Part shown: piece after piece, positions 1 to 13,285 of the stretch | How the letters are laid out: each line of letters opens with the position of its first letter | Numbering within the stretch: position 1 is the first letter of the stretch | Assembly: GCA_951406725.2 (NCBI GenBank) | Contig: OX597820.1 | Coordinates: 112,964,001-113,028,000, forward strand | DNA length: 64,000 bases | From: Octopus vulgaris | Lineage: Eukaryota | Direction: 5' to 3' | Translations under genes and position numbers: made by a program | The notes under the pieces: model-generated | The model's input: the letters and a program-made list of their open reading frames with translations, nothing else | The model's database searches: none | What the model was told of the DNA's origin: nothing

Positions 1-51
1 AAGTGCCACTGGATTACTTCAGGAATTCCTTCATATCTGTCGGGTATATAA

Positions 52-300
52 CAAATGAGAGAATGAGAAAGAAAATGGAATTCCCAAGATTATTTATTAA
101 TCACAATGATCATTTTGACCCATTTTGCATCAGGTGAGTGAGGTACCATTTGAAAAAGCTGACGAGACACATCTGCTCTGAGGGATGCACCACAACCAGC
201 TGTCGAAAATCTCACAGGCGAGAGACTAATGCAGGGTGGGCTGAAACAATTGTGATTAATAAAGAATCTTGTGAATTCCATTTTCTCTTTCTCTCATTTG
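52..300. repeat. Fold-back (inverted repeat) element, probably PLE pseudo-LTR derived
   Basis: Arms 52-107 and 249-300 are near reverse complements. The inner right side carries GAAAC-AATT-GT, a degenerate HHR 3' half. Related sequence occurs at ~36812-36850. Confidence 0.7.
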
Positions 301-400
301 CTTGAATATATATGTATATATATATACATATATATATTTTTAGTATGTGACCTCGTCTGTATCACTAGCAATTTTTTTCCCCTGTCTTCCCTTCTCCTAT

Positions 401-435
401 GTTTCCGACGAAGAGCTCCGCTCGAAACGTCAAAC
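401..435 (+). ncRNA. Minimal type I hammerhead ribozyme motif (U4C variant)
   Basis: GTTT-CCGACGA-A-GAGC(TCC)GCTC-GAAAC-GTC-AAAC: stem I gttt/aaac, helix II gagc/gctc, ACGT palindrome. It sits in a ~170-bp repeat (365-538) that abuts (TA)n, with a decayed inverted copy at ~592-775. Confidence 0.6.
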
Positions 436-534
436 CCTCCTTCTTCCCTTCTTTCCTGAGCGTCCAATAATACTTTATTTGTTCCACGTCCTCGCGTTGT
501 TGTTTTTTTGTTTTTGTTTTCTTGTTTTGATTAA

Positions 535-593
<59 letters not shown>

Positions 594-814
594 GTCAGAA
601 TTATGCAAAAGAAAAAAGACACAAGACAGAGACAGGTGAAGTAACAATAAACGAGATGTATTAGTTTGAGCCTCAGGAAAAATGGAAGTTGTTGCTGTTT
701 CAAGCCTAAACTGTTCTACAAAAACAATTGAGGAAAAAAAAAAGATTGCGAGAAAGAAAATAAATTGTGTCTGAATTCATGGTTGCACAGTGTGTATATA
801 TATATATATATATA

Positions 815-1503
815 CAGGGGTTTGACAAAATAATGGAAACACCTAGCATCATAGCATTATAATTTTGAAATATCTATAAAACCGTCAAAAGCTTGTTTAT
901 TTTTATGTTTTTTGATTTATTATTAGTGTTCCTTAATATGTTTTGCTAAAATTGCCGGTTATTTTCAGATATCATCAGAAAAAGGTAATTAAAATTCATT
1001 AAAATGACAGATCTATCGGGCTTTCAAAGAGGTCAAATAGGCGCTAGCATAACGAAAACAGCCGAAATGTTTGGTGTATTAAGAAGTCCTGTCTCGAAAG
1101 TAATGACAGCCTTTGAGAAAGAGGGAAAAACCTTCTCCTCGAAACAAAACTCCGGAAGAAAACCAAATCTTTCAGATATGGACCATCGGACTCTTACGTG
1201 AATTGTTAGGAAGGATCACAAAAGTACGGCTCCCAAAATTACTGCAGAGCTTAATGACCACCTCGAGAACCCAGTTTCTATAAAAACTGTTCACTGGGAG
1301 CTGCACAATGCCAGATTTCACGGGAGGGCTGCAATCAGAAAACCACTACTTTCAAAAACAAACGTTGCAAAGCGTTTAGAGTGGATTAAAACCTACAGAA
1401 TTGGTCCCTAGAGCAGTGGAAGAATGTTATTTTCTCGGACGAGTCATCCTTTAGCTTATTTCAGACCATCGGCCGAGTATACGCGTGGAGACACCCAAAA
1501 GAT
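815..1503 (+). mobile_element. Tc1-family DNA transposon, 3'-truncated
   Basis: TA|CAGGGGTTTGACAAAATAATGGAAACACCT terminal repeat. The ORF from 1004 (MTDLSGFQRGQI...SGRKP) encodes the paired-like HTH and breaks off near the FSDES motif. Same family as 43002-44228. Confidence 0.9.
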
Positions 1504-1534
1504 GTATAGTTATTACATATACAGGCATATATAA

Positions 1535-1577
<43 letters not shown>

Positions 1578-1856
1578 TATGTAAGACATAAATACATATA
1601 TATAAATAATGATATATACATACATATACACATGGGCGCGCATAAACATCTTTTGGTATATATATATAGAAAAAGAAAAATGTAGCAGCTAGCGAAAGAA
1701 AGAGGGATGGAGAAGAGGAACGCATTGTTTAAGGACGCTATCAAATTAACGAATAGGGAGAGTAAGGATACTTTGCGTAAGGAAAGAAAAAGAAAGAGGG
1801 ATAGGTAACGGAATATGTGTAACAAACGTACACATAAAATAAAATTACGCACACAC

Positions 1857-1935
<79 letters not shown>

Positions 1936-2303
1936 AGTATATATTAGCATATAAATACACATATAAGATCACACATAAATATATGGAAATATGCACGTAA
2001 ATACATATCCACATAAATATAAGTGTATACATGCATACATATACATCCATGTACGTATGTGTACAAGTATAAACACACACGCTTACTTACACATATACAC
2101 AGACGCACACATACGAATACATAGGCATGCCTACAATATAGACAACCACAGCAAAACATATCTAGACCCTAACGTATATATACAAACAACTTTTGTTTTA
2201 AATTGCAGAGTGTATAGTAATAAAAATCTATCTATAAATATAACGATTAAATGGGTGTGTAAAATACAATAAAATGGAATAAAAATAAAATCTTAAACAT
2301 GAA

Positions 2304-2349
<46 letters not shown>

Positions 2350-2357
<8 letters not shown>

Positions 2358-3960
2358 GTCGAAGGTTTTCTTAAGAAATACGTCGAAATATATTCAATAT
2401 CTTTGCGATGCGAAATAAGCCATGTATTACAAAATGCAAATCCAACAATGGGATTGAAAACTAGTTCCAGATTCAAAAAATATATACTATCCATATGGTA
2501 TTTTGTCAGCCGACATTTTAAATTTGCGTGTCTGCAGGAATTCAAGAGTTCGCGTCTTTTATTGGCCTGGAATAAAATATACAATTTTTCCAAAAGACAT
2601 ACATTACATTTGATGGGTCTTTTATGTGGACCGTGTCTGTAAGGTGATGCTTTATCTAAAATTCTCCATGTCACGTTGAAAGAGCGGGTTTCGTTTTCTT
2701 TTAATTCCCAGTCATATGTTGTCCTATTTTCGGGTAGCGGAAGTAACTTCTATGAGAATAAAATCGGGTCTTGAAAGAATTTTGAGAAGCCCCTATGTAT
2801 GTTCTATTTTCATGTGAGCCTTCTATCTGCACTTTGGCTCTATACACAATCCCTTTCTCCAGACATTTTCCTTCCAACGGACAGGAGGTCCAATCTTTGC
2901 AATTGCAATTCTTTGGGAAAGAATCGGCACTGTGGTTATTTGCAGTTATATTATTGTGTGGTTAATGAAAGAGACGAAGTTTTTGCAACAAGAATAGCTG
3001 ACCTTAAGCGTTCTTCTATTAAATATTCTGTAAAACTTATGATTAGATTGAAAATGACTAGAGACTAATTTTAAGAAATCCCGACCTATATATGTTTTTA
3101 CGGCCATATTAAAAGCTGAGTTGAAATACAAAACCCTCCCAGTCCTAGTTCTACGTGTTGCATTACTGCTAGCATTAAGTTGGTTATACTGGGTCTTCTC
3201 AGACAATCCACTATTCCTTAATGCGCTATTGTAATAATGTGCAGCATTTTGGAATGCTACCTCATCCGAAGAAATTGATGATATTCGTATACCTACATTA
3301 CTAAATTCCTAAGAATAACTGGCGGATGATTGGATTCTTTGCTAATATAAGTTAGCTTATCACTAGGCTTACGGTTAGGTTTGAATTTATATGACTGTAA
3401 ATCTAAATTTATATCTAAGAAATCTACACTTCTAAGGTTAGTATCTATCGTAATCCGTAAGCCCATCCTTTGAAAGAAAGCAATTAGATCCTTCCTAAGC
3501 TTATCTAATTCGTGGCTGTTTAAATTATGGGTGACTGTACGGCCGTCATCCCTATATAATCCTGCGTCTATAAACGGGAATTCTAGATTTAGATTATGCA
3601 AAATATAAGCTCCTATGAGAACACATATCTCAGCCCTGTCGTATGTCCCCATCGGTACATCGAAAAGAGAATCCTCACTCTTTTGGACCCAGGTAGAATT
3701 CTCGTAAAAAAGAAGGGATTTCTTCGCATGTATGATAATATCTATTTCCGAGTTATCGATGTTGACATACTGCTTGGCGAAGTCTAATGTTTTTAGGAGC
3801 AAAGACCTGGATATTGACGGGTAAAAGTCAACAATGTGAAACTGCGTAAATTTGTAGTTATGCTTATGGCTAATCCCTTTAAACCACTCTATTACTGACT
3901 TGCTATTTTTCCAAATCCGTAAATTTAATTCACTATCTAACTTAGTTAAAATACGATCAA
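2350..3960 (-). mobile_element. Penelope-like retroelement, 3' part (RT + GIY-YIG), degraded; resembles the Hydra-type C-terminal-EN clade
   Basis: Translated fragments DFYPSI, FDVPMGTYDRAEICVLIG, GLYRDDG, VDFLDINLDL, SNHPP, LKVSYSC and KCNVCLLEKLYI...NKRRELLNSCRH, with frameshifts and stops. Confidence 0.9.
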
Positions 3961-4188
3961 TCTATAAATCTGAAATGCGAAAAGTTTGTTTGTCTGGTTT
4001 TGGCATAGGAACGGGTTAAAGGGCACTAGATCCCGTCGGATTCGCTCCAAAATTTACAGGGACATGTAGAAAGAGGCGAGGATGTGAGTGGGCTAGGTTA
4101 GAAATCCCTATCTCAAAGCTGTGGTTACTAGGGCAAAAAACGCACACTTTGACAAGTCTTCTCTCATTCTCTTATCTGCTTTTCTTCC

Positions 4189-4223
<35 letters not shown>

Positions 4224-4499
4224 TCCCTTCCCTTCACTTTCTCTCTATAACGGCGTTTGACAGCTACTACTATCTTTCCCCCGACGCCTTCGCCAGCGCT
4301 GTCACTCTCTCTCTCTCTTTCTCTCTACGCCTGTCTGCATTCATAGAGAGAATTATCATCGCCACAACCCCACCACACAATCATGCGAACAAATATTATC
4401 AATCAGATATTTATTGGGTTAATTTATATATGTGTGTGTGTGTGTGTTCTATATATAAATATGTATATATAATGTATATATACAAAGTGTATATATCTG

Positions 4500-4551
<52 letters not shown>

Positions 4552-5498
4552 TATATATATATAATGCGTATATATGTACATATATATATTTAATACGTAT
4601 ATATATATATATATAATGTGTGCATTATGTGGTCGGTTGAGCTGAAAATATGCACGCCTATGTTAAAAGTGCTGGCGAGTTTGCATGGCAACTATTTTTT
4701 TCCTCAAATGAAAGGCGTGACCTCTAGGACAAAATTCCACATCTTATAAAATGTGACCCGAGTAGACCCGAATGAAATCGGGTTATATTAACCAAAATGT
4801 GAAAAGAGGTCTAAATGGGGCTGGAAGGGGATTAAAATTTACAGGAGCGAGTGTTTAGTAATTCTCTGTTACATCAAGCTAAAAGATATGCGCCAGCCTT
4901 TAAATCGTGAATGTGTTGCCGTCCATGATGAAGAAGTTTTGAATGCTTGCCATGGTGAGTCTATATCGTGAGAAAGAATCACTTCAAAACTTGATGTTTA
5001 GGAATTTTCTTTTACATCAAGTTCAAAATTTTATGCCAGCCGTTAAACTGCCACTACGTTGCTGTCCGTCGTTAAGAAATGCCAGCCATGGTGACTCTAC
5101 TATCCTCAGATTCTATCTCTTCAAACTTTGATTTCCAATATTTTAAAATTTTTATTCAGCTCGCAAGTTCGTCTGTCCCTTTTAAATGTTAGTGTTTTGC
5201 TGTCTGCCTTGAAGCAGACCTTTCCGTTGTCACTGCCTGATATTTATGATTGATCTTTCTAAATATATTCTTTCTCAACTTACTCAAGATCTTTTGTTGT
5301 TTATAAATGGGAGAGAGATAGATAGAGAAAGATAGAGAGTAAGAGAAAGCGGGGGAGAGTCCGAGAGAAAGTGGGAAAGTGAGAGAGAAAGGAGAGAGAA
5401 ACAAAGAGGGAGAATGTGGTGATAAAAATCAGAAAGGAAGCAACAGAAAATAACAATCACACTCTTACCCGCGCGTAGAGCGAGTCACCTTAAGCTAG
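3961..5498 (+). mobile_element. Non-autonomous Helitron-like element inserted in the PLE
   Basis: Begins A|TC at 3961 and ends CTAG|T at 5498. GC-rich hairpin acccgc...gcgagt at 5467-5486, just before the end. No TSD. Removing it rejoins the PLE reading frame. Confidence 0.75.
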
Positions 5499-6135
5499 TA
5501 TCTAAAATATATTTACTAATAATACCTATTTCAGTTTTAGCCGGATTAATCAATCTACATTTAAGGTTTCTATTAAAGTTAGCTTTATGGGCTTTTCGGG
5601 TAATAAAAGGGGGGGGGGGGGAGATATTCTATGCTATCGTTAATTTTAAGATTGTTAGCTATTCTTCTTGCCTCCAAATTCACCTCTTTGTATAAATTTT
5701 TTGTTATCTTTTTTGCATGTATCTGTGATGCTATTCGAAATTAGACGCTTGTAAACGTCCTTATCAACCGCATATAAGTTTTTTGTCCTATCAGAGTTAA
5801 CGAAAATCCTATTCGAGTTGTTTATTTCTCTAATTTATTCCTTCACATCTCTCTCTAGTTGGTTATTGTATTTACGGAATCTAATTTTTCTGATGAGTTC
5901 GAAAAGGTCTTTTTCGAAGGTTTCTAATTCCGGAATAGATGGTGGATTCATGTAAGATTTAAATCCGTATTTGTTTCCGTTAGTTTTCTGTTTAGTATCA
6001 AAGAAGAAGACTTTCCATCTCAATCTTCGAATAAACTCTTCCGTTTTTTTCTATAAGACTTTTGAGATATTGTTTCTATGTAGGGATAGGTATATTTTTT
6101 AGAGAAAAATCTAATGGGTAAAGTTCCATCTTTTT
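5499..6135 (-). mobile_element. 5' part of the same Penelope-like element
   Basis: Translated fragments EEFIRRLRWKVFFF, YGFKS..PP.IPELETFEKDL, NSDRTKNLY and [20 protein letters not shown]. They continue into 3960 once the Helitron is removed. Confidence 0.85.
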
Positions 6136-6197
6136 CAGCTGTTTCTCCTTCCTACTTGTGTAGAGTCGCTCGAACTTTCTAAAAAAGGAGAGGGTTA

Positions 6198-6295
6198 CGC
6201 TGGAGTAAGCACATAAATGTGAAACAAGGTGGAAAAAAGAGTACTCAAATACCAGAGGTAGAGTAATATGCTTTATTTAAAAGCAGCAGAAATAT
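6198..6295 (-). repeat. Short dispersed repeat
   Basis: Near-identical reverse-complement copy at ~37192-37282, where it abuts (TA)n. Confidence 0.7.
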
Positions 6296-6639
6296 ACAGA
6301 GAGGGCGAGAGAGAGAGAGAGACACACACAGACAGACAGAGAGACAGAGAGGGGTATTCATTTCTCAAATACAATCATTAGAATTTAATTGTTTAAGAGA
6401 TTTTCCAAGTTGAAACCCAAAGCTACAGAGTATCTGTTCTTGGACATTGACGTTGTCAAAACTGCCTGCGAGGCAAGTGAACTTAATCAACGAGGAGTGG
6501 ATTGGTCTAAGAATTTCTGACAAATCATCTCCCCCCATGGAAGAACACAAGAGTTTCTATATACACCGCAAACTGTCAACTCTAACGCTCCTCGCAGACA
6601 TTAAAGACAACAACAAATACATTTGAAAGGACGCCGACA

Positions 6640-6732
6640 ACGATAACAACAGCAATAACGAAGAGAACGACAATCACTACGGTGATGACGACCACGACCA
6701 CCGTCACCTCAACAACAACAACAACAACAACA

Positions 6733-6794
<62 letters not shown>

Positions 6795-7025
6795 TACTAC
6801 TACTTCGACGACGACAGTAGGAGCACAAGAGCGATAAAGACGAAAACGACAACAATAATAACCACGGGCATAAGAGTGATGATCGCAACATCCACAGCGA
6901 CAACCAACAACAACAACAACAACGATAACGACGAAGAGGACAATGACATCAACAATGATAACAACGACAATAATGACGATAAGCAGGAACTACAACCAAG
7001 GCAACAACAATGACAACAACAAGAA
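6640..7025. repeat. Compound trinucleotide microsatellite (CAA/CTA/GAC)
   Basis: Direct inspection. Confidence 0.9.
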
Positions 7026-7029
7026 CACA

Positions 7030-7300
7030 TTGTTGCCATAGAGAGACGTTTGAATGTTGCCAAATCTTTTTAATAGGTCATCCCTCACATAGAATACAGA
7101 TTCGGAAAAGGAGATGAAAGTCCTTGAAGCAGCGCTGGAAATGTTCCGAGGAAGAAATAAATAACAAATTTTAAATAAAAAAAAAGTTTAACTCTGGGTT
7201 GCAACGTGAACTAATACTCCTAAGTCTTTGGTCCGCTCGGTGCCAATGTAGCTGACGTACGAACGATCCTTCCAGAGTTCGGCATCAATTCAAAATTCAA
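7030..7300 (-). mobile_element. Possible ancient CR1/L2-type RT relic
   Basis: Minus-strand translation contains TKDLGVLVH, resembling the CR1 KDLGV motif. Otherwise heavily decayed. Confidence 0.3.
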
Positions 7301-7836
7301 AGCGAAACTGCCTTCTCTTAGACAAGGACTGTTTTTTTCGCAGCATTCCCATGACTCTCTGTCACCATCCAATTCCATTATTGTGAATTTGAATTGGAAG
7401 TTTGAGTCCTTGTGAATCTTTCATCACCTGATTACACAAGTGTGGACGCCACCCCTAAGGATACGTTGCAGTCACCCTCTTGACGGAGCTCACTGATCCT
7501 GACCATTGATCTTCTAGGATTCCTCTACTCAACATCAATGAAAGAAGCACCATTGGCTCACTTGTGCTCTTCCACTACCTCTTCCCAATCTGCCATGCAC
7601 AATCACCTAGCAGGGTGGCTGAAAGGGTGCTATGCCATGTCAAAGGGCAACCCGTAACTATGCAGGGAACGGTTGTCACTCCGCGTTGTATTTTCAAATA
7701 CCCGATTACTCATAAGGAATATTAAATATTCAAATATATTCCCCCAGCAATGAAACGCATATTGTGGCGATGGATCTGCGTCGTTGGACGACGAGGATTT
7801 AGATGTTCGATAAAGTGAGTACCTTACTCCTTGAAT

Positions 7837-7888
<52 letters not shown>

Positions 7889-8084
7889 TACAAGGCTGAA
7901 GCTTTGAATTACAGGTACAATCCAGCCGACGGGCTTCTATGCAGTTTCCGTCTACCTAATTTCACTCAAGATATGTGTCAACCAAAGGCTACAGAAAATG
8001 GCATTTACTCAACACGACACATCGTGAGTTCAAACCCCGGATTTCATGCTCCTGAATCGATCTTCTGAACCATTCAGCCACATA

Positions 8085-9535
8085 CAAAGAGATGCAGAGA
8101 TAGTCGATCGAAATCGCAGAGAATCCTTTCAGAAAGATTCATTCTACAGAAAAGCCTCCAACGAAAAGTTTAATGAGGATGCGGTGTGGCTTGGGAAAAA
8201 AACCCAAGAGGAATATTTCTCTGTATTTCATCAAAGCTGTTTTAATGGTGATATTCTGAAGACTGTGAAAGTTAAACTTCAGGGTAAGAAAGCAGCAGAA
8301 GGAGATTTGATTGACAGCTCTGTTGTATAAATAATGTAAGCTCTTCTATTGGAGGAGTTTATCAATTTTTACAAGTAAGCTATTAGTGTGGATATAATTT
8401 TACTAAACTAACTGGTATTGAGAGAGACATGTCTCGGGTACCAAAGGACAAGAACCTCAAAGAAACTACCGACCAATTGCAAAACGAGCAAAAGCTACAA
8501 GCCAGCCTAGTAATATAGCATCTTTACCAATGACCTATTTCTCTGATATCCGCCGAGGAATGTTACAGGTACCTAAAGATTGAAGAAATATATCCTACGT
8601 TGGTACTTGTAACAAAGAACAGGTAACAAGGGAAAACTGCACCCAGATACAAGGAAATCGTAATGCCTAGGACTCTCTCTGTAAATCGTGATGTGTTTAC
8701 TAGATCAGTACACATAGCAAGATTTGGTTTTGCGATTGGATGCTGGATGAAATCCGAACTCTTGATGATAAACTCGAAAAATAATAACTACCATTAGGAA
8801 TTTGCACATCAGTCGTGGCATTGACCATATCTATCTAAAACAAAACAAGGAGACAGAGTTTTAACATCGATTCAAACAGTCTTTAAGTGCCTCATCGTAT
8901 TTCTTCGACATCTGCTAATTATCGCTTATCGAAATGCATTTATGGACCAAGTTAACATTTATGAAGCAAATAGCATGTTGAGAGTTGGAAAAGAAGTTCT
9001 GCGGGGTATGCCACCTTGATTCATTACCAGAGCCATAGACCCAAGGAAGTCGCATGGCTTTGCCGCCATGGAACATTCGAACGTCTGGACCAACAATTCC
9101 AAACTGACAATAACATGGCTAACTGGAGTAACTTCTTGGATCAAGTACCGTCACCGGTAGAAAATGAAGCATGGCTAGGTTACATGAAAAATTTCCAAGT
9201 GACAAGAACATGGATAAATGGAGTGGTCCGTTATAACAGGTCGCACTTTGAAGTGTTTGCTTTTGCAATCCATGAACAGGAAATGACGACTAAATACCTG
9301 ATATATAAAAAGAACAAGAATTCACGTAAAATACTTATACATGACAAGCGATGCAAATTTTGTAGATTTAGGTGATGTGAATCACATCATAAGTAGCCGC
9401 CATCACAGTACAATGTGACAACGAAGCATCATGAAGAAACCTAAACACTAAAACAATGCAATTTATAGAAAGGATAATCTTGGAGATCAAAATTCAAGGA
9501 GTTACAGTGATGTAGAGGGAATACTCACCCATAAT
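8085..9535 (+). mobile_element. R4/Dong-like non-LTR retrotransposon fragment (RT C-terminus and Zn-knuckle region), degraded
   Basis: Fragments NYRPIA, YRYL, D.KTRKI, FAFAIHEQEMTTKYL and DKRCKFCR. Related to 40880-41465. Confidence 0.7.
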
Positions 9536-9537
9536 AA

Positions 9538-10361
9538 GAAAGTCCGCAGAGTGAAGCCGCTTGGCAAAGATTGACTTTGTTTCTGCTGTGCATGCGCACT
9601 AAGTTTTAACATCTGCTGTTTATCGCAGTGCTTGAAAGGAACGTGTGTTGCGTGTGTTCGTCACATTGACCATAATAGAGAAAGTTTTCATGGTGATACC
9701 TCCTCAGAGTCCAACGCAAAGTTGCAGAAAGTGTATGTAGAGGAGTGTATTAGCCGCACACAAGTGTACGAGTGGTTCAGACGTTTCCAAGATGGCCGAA
9801 AAAATGTCGATCGTGACGAACGCTCTGGGAGACCCGCAACCAGCAGAAATGAGAAAAACATCGCAGATGTGCGTGCAGCTGTGAGGAGAAATCGTCGAAT
9901 CATCATCCGTGAGTTACCAGAGAATGTGCAGATTAGTTACGGTTCAGTTCAGTCCATTATCACTGACGTTTTGGATATGAGATGCGTGTCTGTGAAGTTT
10001 GTGCCAAAACTGCTTTCAGCTGACCAAAAAGACACTCGGGCTTCAGTTGCACAAGATCTCGTTGATTGTATCGAGAACGATGAAAACTTTTTGAAAACTT
10101 TGCGTAGGCCTCTGAGCAGGTATAGCCAAGCTTTTGGCAAAATTAGATGCAAATTGACTGCTCATCTTTCACTGTCATGGTCAACATGATGATCACACGC
10201 TACACACCTTCCTTCCAAGAACTGCTGTAAACAGTAGAAGAGAGCTAGAACATTAAAACTTAGTGCGCATGCACAGCAGAGTACACGGTCAATCTGGTCC
10301 AAGCGGCTTCATTTTGCGTGCTTTAGCTTCATTACTATGACAACAATGGATCAGACCACGA

Positions 10362-10363
<2 letters not shown>
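9538..10363 (+). mobile_element. mariner-family element with internal deletion
   Basis: ORF 9632-10189 contains ISRTQVYEWFRRFQDGR..DERSGRP and FVPKLLS (mariner HTH and the WVPxxL linker). Long subterminal inverted repeats at ~9540-9610 and ~10252-10324. The catalytic domain is absent. Confidence 0.85.
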
Positions 10364-10399
<36 letters not shown>

Positions 10400-10406
<7 letters not shown>

Positions 10407-11121
10407 AAATTAAAAAAGGAAAATACGCACATAGTTTTAATATAATTTTTAATATATCGACCGGTTTCGCTATCGCTATTCAAGATATTATGTTTTACTT
10501 ATTTGAATATACATTTTTTCTTAAGAAGAAATTTGGTCCATGTTGTGTGTGATGAAATTCACGAGTGAATGACTTCACAAGTAGATAAATAAAGGGAGGT
10601 AATTGGTTGTCATTATTATTGTTATTGTTGTGGGTAAGGGAGATAACTGTTCAGTTTTCGGTAATGGGCGGGGATTATATATGTGTGCAGACAGAGACAA
10701 GTTTCAAAAAACCTTATTTAGTAGGGGATTTATGTACAGTGATGTAATCGTGAATTGAAATATGTAAAAAGATAAAAGTTGGTTATGCGTGCATATTAAG
10801 ACGTGTTTTGTATTTTTCAATGAAAAAAGTTTCTTTATTTAAACGTTCTAGTTGAGAGATTGCGTCTTTGCACTGGTAGAAAGGGAAGACAGGTAACATC
10901 AAACCAAATTTCAGTCTTCCCTTTCTACCAGTGCAAAGACGCAATCTCTCAACTAGAACGTTTAAATAAAGAAACTTTTTTCATTGAGAAATACAAAACA
11001 CGTCTTAATATGCACGCATAACCAACTTTTATCTTTTTACATATTTCAATTCACGATTACATCACTGTACATAAATCCCCTACTAAACAAGGTTTTTGAA
11101 ACTTGTCTCTCTCTGCACACA
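10400..11121 (-). mobile_element. PLE 3' end/pseudo-LTR in inverted duplication
   Basis: Arms 10682-10890 and 10914-11121 are almost perfect reverse complements. They encode a GIY-YIG C-terminus (VFPFYQCKD...RLNKETFFIEKYKTRLN*). A decayed HHR lies downstream on the minus strand at 10454-10488. Confidence 0.8.
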
Positions 11122-11179
11122 GCTCTCGGCAGCAATAATAAATATTCCAGTTGAAATGTAATGGGTTTAATTTCTTAGA

Positions 11180-13260
11180 AATTAACCCGTCTACGGATGA
11201 TGTCAGTTAACAAACGCTTACCCTAGGTTTGGTTATCGATCGCCACTGTGGTTATCCCAAGTGTTGGATGAATATCCTGTCGCGAAGACATCGAGGAAAC
11301 CTCGAATTTGTTTATAAGACGACTGCTTGAGATTCTGAAATTTTGACTAACGCCAGGCTCGATAGTGCGCGACTATTCCGGTGACTCTGTGTCTTGTCTT
11401 TGATATTTTTTTCAAAAAATATCCCCTAAAATGTCTACACAGAGGAAATTGTCTTCATCTGCCCCTCAAATTGCCAAAAAGCGAGGAAAGGCCATCGACC
11501 TCGATACAAAAATGATGGTTATTAGACAGTACGAAGGAGGAAAGAAAGTGAATGAGATCGCACGTGAATTGAAGTTATTCCACTCTACTGTTTCGATAGT
11601 TCTGAAGGATTCGTGAAGCTGTAAAAGGTTCAGCACCCATGCGATCTACAGTTATAACAAAGTAGCTGACTGGGCCTATCCATAAAAAGGGGAAAATTGC
11701 AACAAATTTGGGTTGAAGATCAGATCCAAACACGAAAACCGTCAAGTCTGTTTACTGTGCAGTCGAAGGTCAGAAGTCTATTTCAGACTCTAAAGGAGCG
11801 TTCAGAGAAGAATACAGTCAAGAATTTTTAGCAAGTACTGATTGGTTCAAAAGATTTAAAGAAAGATTCCAACGTCATAATGTTTGAGTGAGTGGAGTGC
11901 AGATGAGGAAGCAGCTGGTAAGTTTGTTAGCTATTTGAAGGAAATAATTACGGATGAAAACTATCTGGCAGAACAGATTTTTAACGTGGATGAAACAGGA
12001 GTATTTTGGAAACGTATGCCAATATGAACTTACATCAACAACGAAGCCAAATGCATGCCTAGATTTAAAGTATTTAAGGGCAGGCTGACTCTGCTGCTTG
12101 GTAGGAACATCGCTGGGTTTACACTGAAAGCTTTCTTAATTTACCACTCAGAAAACTCGCGTGCGTTCAAGAATGTAGCTAAGCACACATTACCCATCTA
12201 CTTTCGTTCTCAGTTTAAAGCATGGATGACACGAAGACTGTTTGAAGACTGGTTTCTGAATTGTTTTATTCCTGAAGTTCGTGGATATTGTTTGGAGAGA
12301 GGAATTCCTTTCGAGATTTTATTGCTTATGGATAATACGCCTGGACATCCATCTCATCTATCGGATCTTCATCCCGACGTGAAAGTGGGGTTTTTCGGTC
12401 GAACACGACTCCACTCATCCAGCCAATGGATGAAGGTTCGATTGCTACACTGAAGACTATCTTCGAACCACATTCGCTCAAGCCATAGCCACCAACCAAA
12501 AACTATCACCATGCGAGAATTTTGGAAAAAGTACAATATTCTGACGTGTATCAAGAATATTGGTACCGCTTAGGAGGCTGTGACAAAGAAATGCATGAAA
12601 GGCGTCTTGAAAAATTGTGATGGAAAAAGGCTTTGTTGACACTCTTGATGGATTTAACAGGAACTTGAACTTGAAATGATCGGCTGGAAAATAGTAAAAC
12701 TGGCTAAAGGTCCTCCTTTGGAGTGTGAAGTGGAAGATATAGAAAATTTGCTAGACCAAGAATCCGAAGAACTTACAAATGAAGAGCTAACTGAATTGAA
12801 AAAAGAACACGTGGAAGCAAAAAGAGGTAAGTGGAGAAAGGAGGGGAGGTGTCAGAAAGGAGTTTCACTACAAAAGAATTATCAGGTTTATTTCGACTGA
12901 ATAAAATTTTTTCACACTTTGAAGCAATGGACCTAAAACATCGAACGATTTGTTAGGATTGAACGGATGGTACACGATGTGTTTCGTCAGTATCGTGAAA
13001 TTTATGAAGAGAAGAAGAAACAAATAATTCAGACAAAGCTTACCATGTTTATCAAAAAAAAACAAAAAACTTCCGCTACTACAATTGCTACCTCAGCAAA
13101 CAACATCGAAGATCCACAGCCAAGCACTAGTCTATAATAAATTCTTATGTAAGTTTTGAAGATGTTTCTTACACTACATTGTGTATTTCTTGTATTTGCA
13201 TTCTTTGGCACTTTTCTATGAACAAATGTTTCTATGAACACTGTTGTTGTATAATACAAA
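11180..13260 (+). mobile_element. pogo/Tigger-like DNA transposon (CENP-B-type HTH + DDE_1), pseudogenised; ends approximate
   Basis: Fragments KAIDLDTKMMVIRQYEGG, ASTDWFKRFK, QIFNVDETGVFWKRMP, KAWMT, LLLMDNTPGHP and NTTPLIQPMDEG, with several frameshifts. Confidence 0.9.
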
Positions 13261-13285
13261 ATGCTGTGTGACTTTTACCTGAGAA

